Shown here piece after piece: positions 14,358-25,136 of a stretch of 29,552 bases of DNA; the first letter of the stretch is position 1; each line of letters begins with the position of its first letter. Origin of the DNA: Methanobacteriota archaeon (lineage in GTDB: Archaea; Hydrothermarchaeota; Hydrothermarchaeia; Hydrothermarchaeales; JACRDW01); assembly GCA_043820925.1 (NCBI GenBank), contig JBDRDL010000026.1:1-29552 (forward strand). Direction: 5' to 3'. Made by a program: the position numbers and the translations under genes. The notes beneath the pieces were generated by a model. That model did no database searches and was not told where the DNA came from. It was given only the letters and a program-made list of their open reading frames with translations.

Positions 14358-15179
14358 ATGACTTGGGGACTGAAAAATCGTTTGGCGAGGATAATCAAGC
14401 CGAAGACTGGGCGCACTGTTATGCTCGCTGTTGACCATGGCTATTTCATGGGGCCGACCACGGGATTAGAGAAATTAGACAAAACAGTCAATCCATTGAT
14501 ACCCTACGCAGATGCTTTGATGCTCACGCGCGGAGCTCTCCGCAATTACATTGCTTCGGGCAGCGACATACCAATTGTGCTTCGCGTCTCTGGCGGAACT
14601 AGTATCATAGGAAAGGAATTTCTCCACGAGGGAATAATTGCCTCTGTAAAAGATGCAATAAGACTCAATGCTTCAGGATTGGCGTTTTCTATACTGGTAG
14701 GTTCTGAATTCGAGAGAGACACGCTCTTAGGCTTGGCTCAGGTCGTGGATGAGGGTGAGGAGTACGGCATCCCTGTTCTCGCTGTTACTGCTGTTGGAAA
14801 AGAGCTTGGAGAAAAAGGCAAAGATGCCCGCTATCTTGCGCTTTGCTGCCGAATAGCAGCCGAATTCGGAGCGCACTTCGTTAAAACATACTACTGCGAG
14901 GACTTTGAAAAAGTCGTGGAGAGCTGCCCTGTGCCAATCGTAATGGCTGGCGGAAAAAAAATGCCTGAAAAAGACGCCCTTAAAATGGCATACGATGCGA
15001 TACAGGCAGGTGCAGTCGGCGTTGACATGGGGCGCAACATCTTCCAGTCAGAGAATCCAGTGGCGATGATTCAAGCGGTAAAAGCAGTGGTTCACGAAGG
15101 CGCAACGCCAGACGAGGCATACGAAATTTTCAAGGAAAAGAAGAGCGAGAAAAGCAAGGTTGCGGCGCGGGTGAGGTGA
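14358..15179 (+). CDS. lsrF: LsrF-type thiolase (3-hydroxy-5-phosphonooxypentane-2,4-dione thiolase; DhnA class I aldolase family)
   Basis: WGLKNRLARI, MLAVDHGYFMGPTTGLE, VKTYY (Schiff-base Lys), MAGGKK and GVDMGRNIFQS match the LsrF subfamily; strong AGGAGGTG RBS. Confidence 0.88.
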   Translation: MTWGLKNRLARIIKPKTGRTVMLAVDHGYFMGPTTGLEKLDKTVNPLIPYADALMLTRGALRNYIASGSDIPIVLRVSGGTSIIGKEFLHEGIIASVKDAIRLNASGLAFSILVGSEFERDTLLGLAQVVDEGEEYGIPVLAVTAVGKELGEKGKDARYLALCCRIAAEFGAHFVKTYYCEDFEKVVESCPVPIVMAGGKKMPEKDALKMAYDAIQAGAVGVDMGRNIFQSENPVAMIQAVKAVVHEGATPDEAYEIFKEKKSEKSKVAARVR

Positions 15180-15320
15180 GGCTGGAGTTCATCTATACCA
15201 CCAGAATAAAGGATATACGAAATGAGTTCGGATATGAAGGAGTTGTGCGAAATTTGGAATATTCAAAGCGATACATTATAATAGAAAACTTTATATATAA
15301 ATGATACACTATAATGTATC

Positions 15321-16622
15321 ATGTTAAGAAGGGAACTTTTGGATAAGGTGCAAGAATTAAATTTCTGGTATAAGAAACAGGAAGTTGGTATTAAAAGGGA
15401 AGAGCTGGACGAAGTATTGAAATTTGTTTCTGACAAAAAGACTGCTCTCGTCATTGCAGGCGCAAGAAGAGCGGGCAAAACATTCTTATCCCGGCAGATT
15501 TTGGACAGCATGCTAAAGGAAATTAAAGAAAACCAAACACTTTTCATAAACTTCGAAGACCCCTCCCTTGAACCTTATCTTAACACAGAGTCTCTGCAGG
15601 ACTTGTACGAGACTTATAGATACTTTCTTAATAAGAAAGATTTTGCTTTCGTTGTTCTTGATGAGGTGCAGAATCTTCCAAACTGGGAGAAATGGGTAAG
15701 GATTATGATGGAAAAGGGGGAGAACGCAAAATTTATAATAACTGGTTCAAGTTCAAAAATTTTCAAGGGAGAAATGGCAAGGGTGCTTACCGGCAGGACG
15801 ATAAACTTTTTTTTACTGCCCCTATCCTTCAAAAACTTCTTAGAATTCAAAGGCTACAAAATTAAAAAATATGAAAGCTACAGCTCGCTGGCAATGCTTC
15901 TGAATGAGTATCTTGAGTACGGCGGATTCCCGCTCATTGCGCTGACAGAAAAAGAGAAGAATACGTATCTGAAAGAGCTGTTTGACGACATTGTTATAAA
16001 AGATATAATAATAAAATACAAGCTGAGAGAACTTGACATTAGAAAGCTTGCTGTTTTGCTGTGCAGCAATTTTTCTTCTCTTGTAAGCGTAAAGAGATTA
16101 AGAAATTTAGTGCAAAATATCGCTAAGATAAAAATTTCTCCGACATCTGTGAATAAATATCTCTATTATTTTGAAGACTCCTTTTTATTTTTCTTCTTGC
16201 CGATTTTTTCCTACAAAATAAAAGATGTAATGCAATATCCAAGAAAGGCTTACTGTATTGATACGGGGCTAATAAATACTATAAACCTGAGATTTTCAGA
16301 AAATATAGGCAGACTTTATGAAAATGCGGTAGCGATAGAACTGCTAAGAAGATACGGAAAGGAAAATCTTTTTTATTGGAAATCCCCGAAATATGAAGTT
16401 GACTTCGTTATAAAAGAAGGGCAAAAAATTAGACAGCTTATTCAGATTTGTTACGATATTCAGACAGCAGAAGATCGAGAAGTAAAGGCTTTAATTGAAG
16501 CAGGCAAAGAACTCGGGTGCAAAAATTTGCTCGTCATAACTGAAAATTATGAGACGGAAAAAGCCGCAGAACGGAATAAAATAAAATTTGTGCCGCTTTG
16601 GAAGTGGCTGCTGGTTTTCTAA
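15321..16622 (+). CDS. AAA_14/DUF4143 family ATPase with C-terminal PD-(D/E)XK-like domain
   Basis: GARRAGKT Walker A, LDEVQ Walker B, ITGSS, LTGR, YGGFP, K.Y.IDTG, LYEN.V and EVDF; AT-rich with its own TATA at about 15289. Confidence 0.92.
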   Translation: MLRRELLDKVQELNFWYKKQEVGIKREELDEVLKFVSDKKTALVIAGARRAGKTFLSRQILDSMLKEIKENQTLFINFEDPSLEPYLNTESLQDLYETYRYFLNKKDFAFVVLDEVQNLPNWEKWVRIMMEKGENAKFIITGSSSKIFKGEMARVLTGRTINFFLLPLSFKNFLEFKGYKIKKYESYSSLAMLLNEYLEYGGFPLIALTEKEKNTYLKELFDDIVIKDIIIKYKLRELDIRKLAVLLCSNFSSLVSVKRLRNLVQNIAKIKISPTSVNKYLYYFEDSFLFFFLPIFSYKIKDVMQYPRKAYCIDTGLINTINLRFSENIGRLYENAVAIELLRRYGKENLFYWKSPKYEVDFVIKEGQKIRQLIQICYDIQTAEDREVKALIEAGKELGCKNLLVITENYETEKAAERNKIKFVPLWKWLLVF

Positions 16623-16652
16623 ACTATATCCTCGCCATTCGGGCTCGGAGAA

Positions 16653-16660
16653 TTTTTATA
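16653..16660 (+). promoter_or_regulatory. TATA box for the dehydrogenase-RuBisCO transcript
   Basis: GAGAA-TTTTTATA ending 23 bp before ATG 16683. Confidence 0.55.
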
Positions 16661-16682
16661 CCTTTACCGCATATCCTAAATC

Positions 16683-17711
16683 ATGCGCATCGCAATGTAC
16701 TACAGCAATAAAGACGTTAGGCTTGAAGAGATGCCAATACCAAAAATAGGCGCAGGCGAGCTTTTAGTTAAAGTAATGGCAAGCGGCATCTGTGGCACCG
16801 ATGTAATGGAGTGGTATCGCATTAAAAGAGCACCTCTGGTGTTGGGGCATGAGGTCACAGGAGAGATTGTAGAAGTTGGAGAGGGTGTAGAGCGCTACAA
16901 AGTAGGCGACAGGGTTTTCGTTTCGCACCATGTCCCCTGCAATACGTGCCGCTACTGCCTGAGCGGTCATCATACTGCATGCGAAACCCTGCACAAAACG
17001 AATTTTTATCCGGGCGGCTTCGCAGAATATGTACGTGTGCCGCGAATAAACGTTGAGCGAGGCGTGTATCTGTTACCTGACGAAGTGTCTTTCGAAGATG
17101 GAACGTTTATTGAACCATTGGCATGCGTCCTGCGCGGACAAAGATTAGCGCACATAAAGCCGGGCAACAGCGTACTCGTCCTAGGCAGCGGCATTTCCGG
17201 GCTGCTCCATGTGCAACTGGCTCGCACACTTGGAGCAGGGCGAGTGATTGCGACTGATGTAAATGAATATCGTCTGAATGCAGCGAAACGATTTGGGGCA
17301 GACGCCACGATACATGCCGACGAGGATGTGCCTGCCCGCCTGCGTCAGGTCAGCGAAAACAGGCTTGCTGATATTGTGATAGTTTGCACCAGTGCTACCC
17401 CAGCATTTACCCAGGCGCTGCAATGTGTGGATAGGGGAGGTGCTGTTGTGTTCTTTGCCCCGACGCAGCCTGGTGTAAGCGTACCTGTCCCTGTGGACGA
17501 ATTCTGGCGCAGCGAGATAACGCTAATGACCTCATACGGTGCAAGCCCTGTAGACCTCGCAACGGCACTAGAACTGATCCGTGCTCGCAATGTGCGCGTA
17601 CATGAGATGATAACGCATCGGCTGAGCTTGGAAGAAGTTGCTCTGGGCTTCAAGCTCGTCGCCAGCGCTAAGGAATCTATCAAAGTGATCATTGAGCCAA
17701 ATAGAGTGTGA
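16683..17711 (+). CDS. Zn-dependent medium-chain (polyol/threonine-type) dehydrogenase
   Basis: GICGTD, GHEVTG, structural-Zn CNTCRYC...C, EPLAC and LGSGISG Rossmann motif. Confidence 0.93.
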   Translation: MRIAMYYSNKDVRLEEMPIPKIGAGELLVKVMASGICGTDVMEWYRIKRAPLVLGHEVTGEIVEVGEGVERYKVGDRVFVSHHVPCNTCRYCLSGHHTACETLHKTNFYPGGFAEYVRVPRINVERGVYLLPDEVSFEDGTFIEPLACVLRGQRLAHIKPGNSVLVLGSGISGLLHVQLARTLGAGRVIATDVNEYRLNAAKRFGADATIHADEDVPARLRQVSENRLADIVIVCTSATPAFTQALQCVDRGGAVVFFAPTQPGVSVPVPVDEFWRSEITLMTSYGASPVDLATALELIRARNVRVHEMITHRLSLEEVALGFKLVASAKESIKVIIEPNRV

Positions 17712-17716
17712 TTTAA

Positions 17717-19015
17717 ATGGTGCATGAAAAATACGAAGACTTTGTTGAGCTGAGCTATAAACCAAGTAAAAAAGAGCTGCTTTGCTCCTTCTATGTCGAG
17801 GCTGCTGCCGGGGAAAGCATCAAAAGAGCTGCGGGCGCTGTTGCATCCGAAAGCTCGGTGGGGACATGGACCTCAGTTCCCGGGCTTCATTTGAAGCATG
17901 TGATGAAAATCGCAGCGACGTGCTACGAGATAAACGGAAACTGGATTAAGATTGCCTATCCGGTGGAAAATTTTGAGCCCGGAAGCTTGCCCCAGATATT
18001 TAGCTCTATTGCCGGCAATGTCTTTGGAATGAAAGCTGTTCGCAACCTGCGCTTGCACGATGTTGAATGGCCGCTTTCCCTCAAGAGAAGTTTCCCTGGT
18101 CCGCAGTTCGGGATTGACGGAATCAGAAAAATCCTAAAGGTGCAGGGGCGACCGATAACTGCGAGCGTCCCAAAGCCAAAGATAGGCATGACAGCTGAAG
18201 AGCATGCAAAAATAGGATATGAAATATGGACAGGCGGCTTTGACCTGCTGAAAGATGATGAAAATCTCGCCTCACAGAAGTTCGACAGATTTGAAGACCG
18301 AGTGAAGCACTCGATGCGCATGAGAGAGAAAGCTGAAAAGGAAACTGGAGAGAGAAAAGCCTGCCTGTTAAATATAACTGCTCCTTTTCAAGAAATGGTT
18401 AAAAGAGCCAAACTTGTTTCAGATTACAGCAATGAATATGTAATGGTCGACATGCTTACAATAGGCTGGTCTGCCTTGCAGGGAATTAGAGAAGTATGCG
18501 AAGAACTAAAGCTTGCATTGTATGCGCACAGAGCATTTCATGCCGCTTTTACTCGAAACCGCAAGCACGGCATGTCTATGCTTGTTGTCGCAGAATCAGC
18601 GCGACTTGCGGGCGTTGATAATGTGCACATAGGTACGGTGGTAGGAAAGCTGGAAAGCCCAAAAGAAGAGGTACTGGCAATACATGAACGCATGCAGAAG
18701 CAAAAGATTGAATCTGACAGCAGGCTGCATCTTTTTGGCGAAGACTGGGGCAGCATGAAAAAAGTTATATCAACCTCTTCGGGCGGCTTGCATCCTGGCT
18801 TAATCCCGAAAATAATTAAAATGCTCGGTAGAGACATAGCAATACAGGTTGGGGGGGGAGTTCACGGTCATCCAGATGGAAGTAATGCAGGAGCCACGGC
18901 AGTCATGCAGGCTATAGATGCTGCGCTCAAAGAAATTCCCCTTAGGGAATATGCAAAAACTCATAAAGAGCTCAAGGCTGCACTAGCCCAGTGGGGCTAT
19001 CTGAGGCCTGAGTGA
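17717..19015 (+). CDS. rbcL: RuBisCO large subunit, archaeal form III-type
   Basis: SESSVGTWT, AGNVFG, KPKIG, LLKDDEN (carbamylated Lys), HRA.H, HIGT.VGKLE, SGGLHP and GGG..GHP: the key carboxylase active-site residues are present. Confidence 0.95.
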   Translation: MVHEKYEDFVELSYKPSKKELLCSFYVEAAAGESIKRAAGAVASESSVGTWTSVPGLHLKHVMKIAATCYEINGNWIKIAYPVENFEPGSLPQIFSSIAGNVFGMKAVRNLRLHDVEWPLSLKRSFPGPQFGIDGIRKILKVQGRPITASVPKPKIGMTAEEHAKIGYEIWTGGFDLLKDDENLASQKFDRFEDRVKHSMRMREKAEKETGERKACLLNITAPFQEMVKRAKLVSDYSNEYVMVDMLTIGWSALQGIREVCEELKLALYAHRAFHAAFTRNRKHGMSMLVVAESARLAGVDNVHIGTVVGKLESPKEEVLAIHERMQKQKIESDSRLHLFGEDWGSMKKVISTSSGGLHPGLIPKIIKMLGRDIAIQVGGGVHGHPDGSNAGATAVMQAIDAALKEIPLREYAKTHKELKAALAQWGYLRPE

Positions 19016-19050
19016 GTTGCGAGACAGGACTGCAAAATAACCTTTTCTTC

Positions 19051-19065
19051 CGAAACTATTAAATA
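19051..19065 (+). promoter_or_regulatory. BRE/TATA for the UPF0182 operon
   Basis: CGAAAC-TATTAAATA ending 23 bp before ATG 19088. Confidence 0.55.
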
Positions 19066-19087
19066 CTATTATAGTAAAATTAACCTT

Positions 19088-21712
19088 ATGAAATGGCTGG
19101 GCTACCTCCTTGGAATCGTCGTTGCGCTTTCTTTATTCGCTCCCGCACTTGCAGGCTTCTACACAGAATATCTGTGGTTTGTGGAAGTGGGTTATCTAAG
19201 CGTCTTTTTAACAGTGCTCAAGTCTAAATTTGTACTGGCGGTGATTGCTGCAGCCTTTTTCTTTGTTTTTGGTTTCTTGAATTTCCGCCTTGTGCTGAAA
19301 AATTCCCTGGCGATGCGGGGCGAGGGAGGTGAATTCAGGTTCGCATCTCTGGCGTTTGTGTTGGTGCTCCTTTTCAGCCTTCTCATGGGAGTCTCAGCCA
19401 GCACTGGCTGGGACGTTACCCTGCGGTATCTGAATCAGGTACCCTTCGGCAGCGCTGACCCGATATTCAACAAGGATATATCTTTCTACTTTTTTGTCCT
19501 GCCGTTCTACCAGTTCGTTTTGGCAGTGCTCTTCTTTGGCGCTGCTGCTCTAACATTGGTTATCTCAGGAATATACCTCCTTTTTGGAGGATTTATTGTT
19601 CTTGAAGGGCGGGGAGAGATACCAAGCACACAGATGAGATTTGAAATGCCGAGATTCAGCAAGGAAGCCATGGCGCATCTGCTTGCTCTCGGCTCTCTAA
19701 TACTTATCCTGAAAGGCTTTGGATATGTCCTCGACAGATATTCTATATTATATTCTGCGAGGGGCGCTGTTTACGGAGCAGGCTATGCGGACGTAAATGT
19801 TCAGCTGCCTTTTATAGGTGCGCTGGTAGCTGCGTCTTTTATCGCTGCCCTGGGTTTCCTCATAGCGGCAAAAACCCAGAATATTAAATTTGCGCTGGGC
19901 GTTGCGCTTGTCGTCGTCCTGAGTATTCTGAGCGGCTTTGCTCAAGGTATAGTGCAGCAGTACAGGGTCTCGCCAGACGAATACAACATAGAGAAGCCTT
20001 ACCTGGAGCACAACATAAAATTCACGAGAGCTGCGTATGATTTGGACAGCATAAAAGAAATTGAATTTCCAGCAAATTACAATTTAACCATAGAGGACAT
20101 AAACAGGAACAGGCTGACCATAGACAACATTCGTTTATGGGATTGGAGACCCCTGAAGAGAACCTATAAGCAGGTGCAGCTGATAAGGACTTACTATGAT
20201 TTTGGCGACGTTGACATAGACAGATATTCAGTCAATGGCGAATACAGGCAGGTCATGCTCTCGGGCAGGGAGATAAATGTCAAGCTGCTTCCCGAGCGCA
20301 CGTGGGTGAACGAGCACCTCGTTTTTACACACGGCTACGGCGCTGCGATGAGCCCTGTGAGAGAGGTTTCAAAAGAAGGTCTGCCGGTGCTCTACATAAA
20401 AGACGTACCTCCCAAGTCTCAATTCTTTGAAATAACCAGACCAGAGATATACTATGGAGAGCTGACCGAGAATTACATACTCGTTAAAACCAAAACAGAG
20501 GAGTTCGATTATCCGGCGGGCGATGAAAACGTTTACACAACCTATCAGGGCAGGGGTGGCATAGAGCTCTCGTCTCTCACCAGAAAGGCTGCAATGGCAG
20601 CGAGGTTCTCAACATTAAAGCTCTTTGTGAGCGAGTCCATTACACCCGAGAGCAGGATAATTTTCTACCGAAATATAAAAGATAGAGTAAGCAACATAGC
20701 ACCTTTTCTCAACTACGATGGAGACCCCTACATTGTTGTTTCCAATGGAAGGCTGTTCTGGATTCAGGATGCGTATACGGTCTCAGACAGATACCCATAC
20801 TCCGAGCCGTATAAGAAAATAAACTACATAAGAAATTCTGTCAAAGTAGTTATCAATGCATACGACGGCGAGACGAATTTTTACGTCGTGGATGAAAAAG
20901 ACCCGCTTATAAAAGTCTATATGAAAATCTTTCCAGAATTGTTTAAACCCTTTTCTGCCATGCCTTCGAATCTTATGGAGCACGTGCGATATCCCGAAGA
21001 TTTGTTCTCTATCCAGGTTGCAAAGTATTCTACCTACCACATGAACGAGGCGAGAGTTTTTTACAATAAGGAGGATGTGTGGGAGGTGCCGGAGGAGCTG
21101 TACGAGGGCACCAGGATAAAGATGGAGCCCTACTACTTGATAACCAAGCTGCCTGGTGAAGCGAAAGAAGAATTCATACTTTTGCTTCCATTCACGCCGA
21201 GGGAAAAGAACAACATGATAGCTTGGCTCGCTGCAAGGAGTGACCAGCCTCACTACGGGGGGAAAATCGTTTACATGTTCCCGAAGGATAAGCTGGTTTA
21301 CGGTCCTATCCAACTCGAAGCGAGGATAGACCAGGACCCCGAAGTCTCGCAGCTCTTCACGCTCTGGAGCCAGGCTGGAACAAGGGTGATAAGAGGCAAT
21401 CTCCTGACTATTCCAATCGAGGATTCCCTGCTCTACGTGGAGCCCATCTATCTCAGAGCAGAGCAGAAAGATGCCCTGCCACAGCTGAAAAGGGTTATAA
21501 TTATCTTCGGGGACAGGCTTACAATGCAGGAAACATTAGAAAAATCTCTTTCAGTGATATTCGGTGAAGTGCCGGAGGAAGTAAAACCGCCCACGCTGGA
21601 TGAAGAAAAACTGCCGGCAGTCGACGAGGCGTTGCGGCAGTACGAGAAAGCCAGGGCAGAGCTGGAAAAACTCAGAGAGGTGCTGGAGGGGATGAAGAAG
21701 GGGCAGGAGTGA
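19088..21712 (+). CDS. UPF0182 (COG1615) polytopic membrane protein
   Basis: LWF.EVGY, DPIFNKDISFY.F.LP, GAGYADV, NIRLWD, YYDF.DVDIDRY, FTHGYG, NYIRNSVK, RYPEDLF and YVEPIYL. Confidence 0.95.
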   Translation: MKWLGYLLGIVVALSLFAPALAGFYTEYLWFVEVGYLSVFLTVLKSKFVLAVIAAAFFFVFGFLNFRLVLKNSLAMRGEGGEFRFASLAFVLVLLFSLLMGVSASTGWDVTLRYLNQVPFGSADPIFNKDISFYFFVLPFYQFVLAVLFFGAAALTLVISGIYLLFGGFIVLEGRGEIPSTQMRFEMPRFSKEAMAHLLALGSLILILKGFGYVLDRYSILYSARGAVYGAGYADVNVQLPFIGALVAASFIAALGFLIAAKTQNIKFALGVALVVVLSILSGFAQGIVQQYRVSPDEYNIEKPYLEHNIKFTRAAYDLDSIKEIEFPANYNLTIEDINRNRLTIDNIRLWDWRPLKRTYKQVQLIRTYYDFGDVDIDRYSVNGEYRQVMLSGREINVKLLPERTWVNEHLVFTHGYGAAMSPVREVSKEGLPVLYIKDVPPKSQFFEITRPEIYYGELTENYILVKTKTEEFDYPAGDENVYTTYQGRGGIELSSLTRKAAMAARFSTLKLFVSESITPESRIIFYRNIKDRVSNIAPFLNYDGDPYIVVSNGRLFWIQDAYTVSDRYPYSEPYKKINYIRNSVKVVINAYDGETNFYVVDEKDPLIKVYMKIFPELFKPFSAMPSNLMEHVRYPEDLFSIQVAKYSTYHMNEARVFYNKEDVWEVPEELYEGTRIKMEPYYLITKLPGEAKEEFILLLPFTPREKNNMIAWLAARSDQPHYGGKIVYMFPKDKLVYGPIQLEARIDQDPEVSQLFTLWSQAGTRVIRGNLLTIPIEDSLLYVEPIYLRAEQKDALPQLKRVIIIFGDRLTMQETLEKSLSVIFGEVPEEVKPPTLDEEKLPAVDEALRQYEKARAELEKLREVLEGMKKGQE

Positions 21713-22071
21713 TGCTCTACAGACTGCTGTTTCTTATTATCGGGCTTTTGGTTTTGTTTTTCATAATAAGAAGCGTGCTTGAAAATATAAAGATAAAAAT
21801 CAGGGAGGTAGCGTTCGAGAGGAAATTCGAAAAAGTCGAAGAACCGAAAGGCGAGGTGCGCAGGGAAGGCAGCACCCTGCTTTTGAAGGTACAGCTTCCT
21901 GGAGTAAAATCGAAAGGCGATATATCGTTGCGCATGATGAGGGATTCGATAGAGATAAGAGCCTACGCTGGCGATAAAATGTATTTCAAATTATTTCCAA
22001 TACCTGCGAAATCTAAGATAGCCTCTACGAACCTGGAGGGAGAGGAATTCGAGGTTGAAATTAGGGGGTGA
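21709..22071 (+). CDS. Membrane-anchored HSP20/CS-like domain protein
   Basis: N-terminal TM helix, then EEP...V.LPGVKS..DI......SIEIRA.A.DK.YFK; start overlaps the UPF0182 stop (GTGA). Confidence 0.65.
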   Translation: MMLYRLLFLIIGLLVLFFIIRSVLENIKIKIREVAFERKFEKVEEPKGEVRREGSTLLLKVQLPGVKSKGDISLRMMRDSIEIRAYAGDKMYFKLFPIPAKSKIASTNLEGEEFEVEIRG

Positions 22072-22102
22072 TAATATTGAAAAACAAGGTATTTTTTTAC
22101 CT

Positions 22103-23879
<1,777 letters not shown>

Positions 23880-23880
<1 letters not shown>

Positions 23881-24473
23881 TAAGACCTGCCTCTCCTCAC
23901 TGGCGGCGGGGGTACAAATAACTTGTACTTTCTCTTCCCCAGCTTGACATCCTCTTCCTCAAGCTCGGATACTATTCTCCTGCTGATAAGCTTCTTTGGG
24001 TCTGGAATAGACTTTACCCTGGCAGAGATATCTTCAAAGGACTCGAAAGGCTTTTTCTTCCTCTCCTCTAAAATCTCCCACATAAGTTTTTTACCTATGC
24101 CGGGAAGAAGCTCAAGCCCGTGCAGCCTGGTGCTGATTGCCTGCGCCTCGTTGAAAAACTGCACAAACTTTTTCTCGTTTTTTGAAATCACTTCCTCCAC
24201 AACATAAGGCAGCTCAGATTTTGCTGCTGCGCTCAGCTCCTTATAACCTATCCTTCTTTTGATGTACTCTATCTTATCCCGCTCGTCCTTGCCGATATAT
24301 ACTCTCTCGTGCGATTTAAATTCAGTTCCTGCTTTTGGAACTAGCTCGATAAGCGTAAGATATTCCTCGCCCAGAGCGTACGCTATGGGCTCCCTCTTGT
24401 ATATCGGTCTTTCGTCTTCTGGATGACCGTGAGGCAGGTAATCCAGTACAACTGCATAATCCTCCATTCCCAC
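23880..24473 (-). CDS. DUF655 putative RNA-binding HhH protein
   Basis: EDYAVVLDYLPHG, FFNEA..ISTRLHGLELLPGIGKK and PFESFEDI; usual position after rpoF. Alternative start ATG 24467. Confidence 0.93.
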
Positions 24474-24478
24474 TTAAA

Positions 24479-24811
24479 TCACCTTATGAGCTTTAAAATA
24501 CCCGCAATTTCTTCTTTGGTCAGTGCAAATCTTTCTTTGGCGAATATTGCCCTTACGTCATCCTCATCCTCAGGCAGCAAATCAACAAGCTTTACAGCGA
24601 TTTCTGGCTTGATTTTCGCATTGCTCTTCATCAGCTCTTCAATTTTTTTCATGGATTCCTCGCTGCTCATTTTTACAAATTTTGCAAGGTGCTCCAGAGT
24701 GATTTTTTGCTCGTAATTCGGCTCCTTGCTCTTCTTTACAGCTTCCTCCAAAACTGCTTTAGCCTCTGCGCTGCTGATTGGTTTATCTTCTAAAATTTTT
24801 TTACCTATCAT
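24479..24811 (-). CDS. rpoF: RNA polymerase subunit Rpo4 (RpoF)
   Basis: MIGKKILE..PI, YEQK..LEH..KF and AVKLVDLLP..EDDVRAIFAKE. Confidence 0.95.
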   Translation of the reverse strand: MIGKKILEDKPISSAEAKAVLEEAVKKSKEPNYEQKITLEHLAKFVKMSSEESMKKIEELMKSNAKIKPEIAVKLVDLLPEDEDDVRAIFAKERFALTKEEIAGILKLIR

Positions 24812-24813
24812 TT

Positions 24814-25104
24814 CTATTCCTGCCTTCGCAGATGTGCCGGGCGGGAAATAACTCTTTTTCTGGCATTTCCGTCCATTATCTCGAGCACATAACTGCGACC
24901 TCTCCTTTCGACGACTGTGCCGATCTTTCCGTGAAACCTCGGGTGCGGCTGCCCTTTCTGGATGCTCGGGTCGAGTACAATGTACGCTCTGTCGCCTAAA
25001 TTAAACCTCTGCAGTATATTTGAAAGTCGCAAAACTCCCTTTTCTCTAACTTTTTTACTCAGCTTATGCCTCGTCTTACTTTTGAATCCTCTGGAGCGCT
25101 CCAT
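24814..25104 (-). CDS. rpl21e: 50S ribosomal protein L21e
   Basis: SRGFKSKTRHKL, DPSIQKGQPHPRFHGKIG and RPAHL. Confidence 0.97.
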   Translation of the reverse strand: MERSRGFKSKTRHKLSKKVREKGVLRLSNILQRFNLGDRAYIVLDPSIQKGQPHPRFHGKIGTVVERRGRSYVLEIMDGNARKRVISRPAHLRRQE

Positions 25105-25136
25105 AAAATCACATCACTTGCCTGTGTATTTATATT

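Noticed and set aside
14358..15179. AI-2 quorum-sensing (lsr) operon
   Set aside because: No lsrACDB transporter, lsrK, lsrR or recognisable lsrG in the window.
17717..19015. RuBisCO-like protein (form IV)
   Set aside because: KPK, KDDE, HRA, loop-6 GK, SGG and GGG motifs and the N-terminal E/N residues are present, as in true carboxylases.
6589..22071. tRNA-integrated genomic island covering the plus-strand block
   Set aside because: No integrase and no duplicated tRNA 3' end seen; the block lies on the tRNA 5' side and most genes look native in composition.
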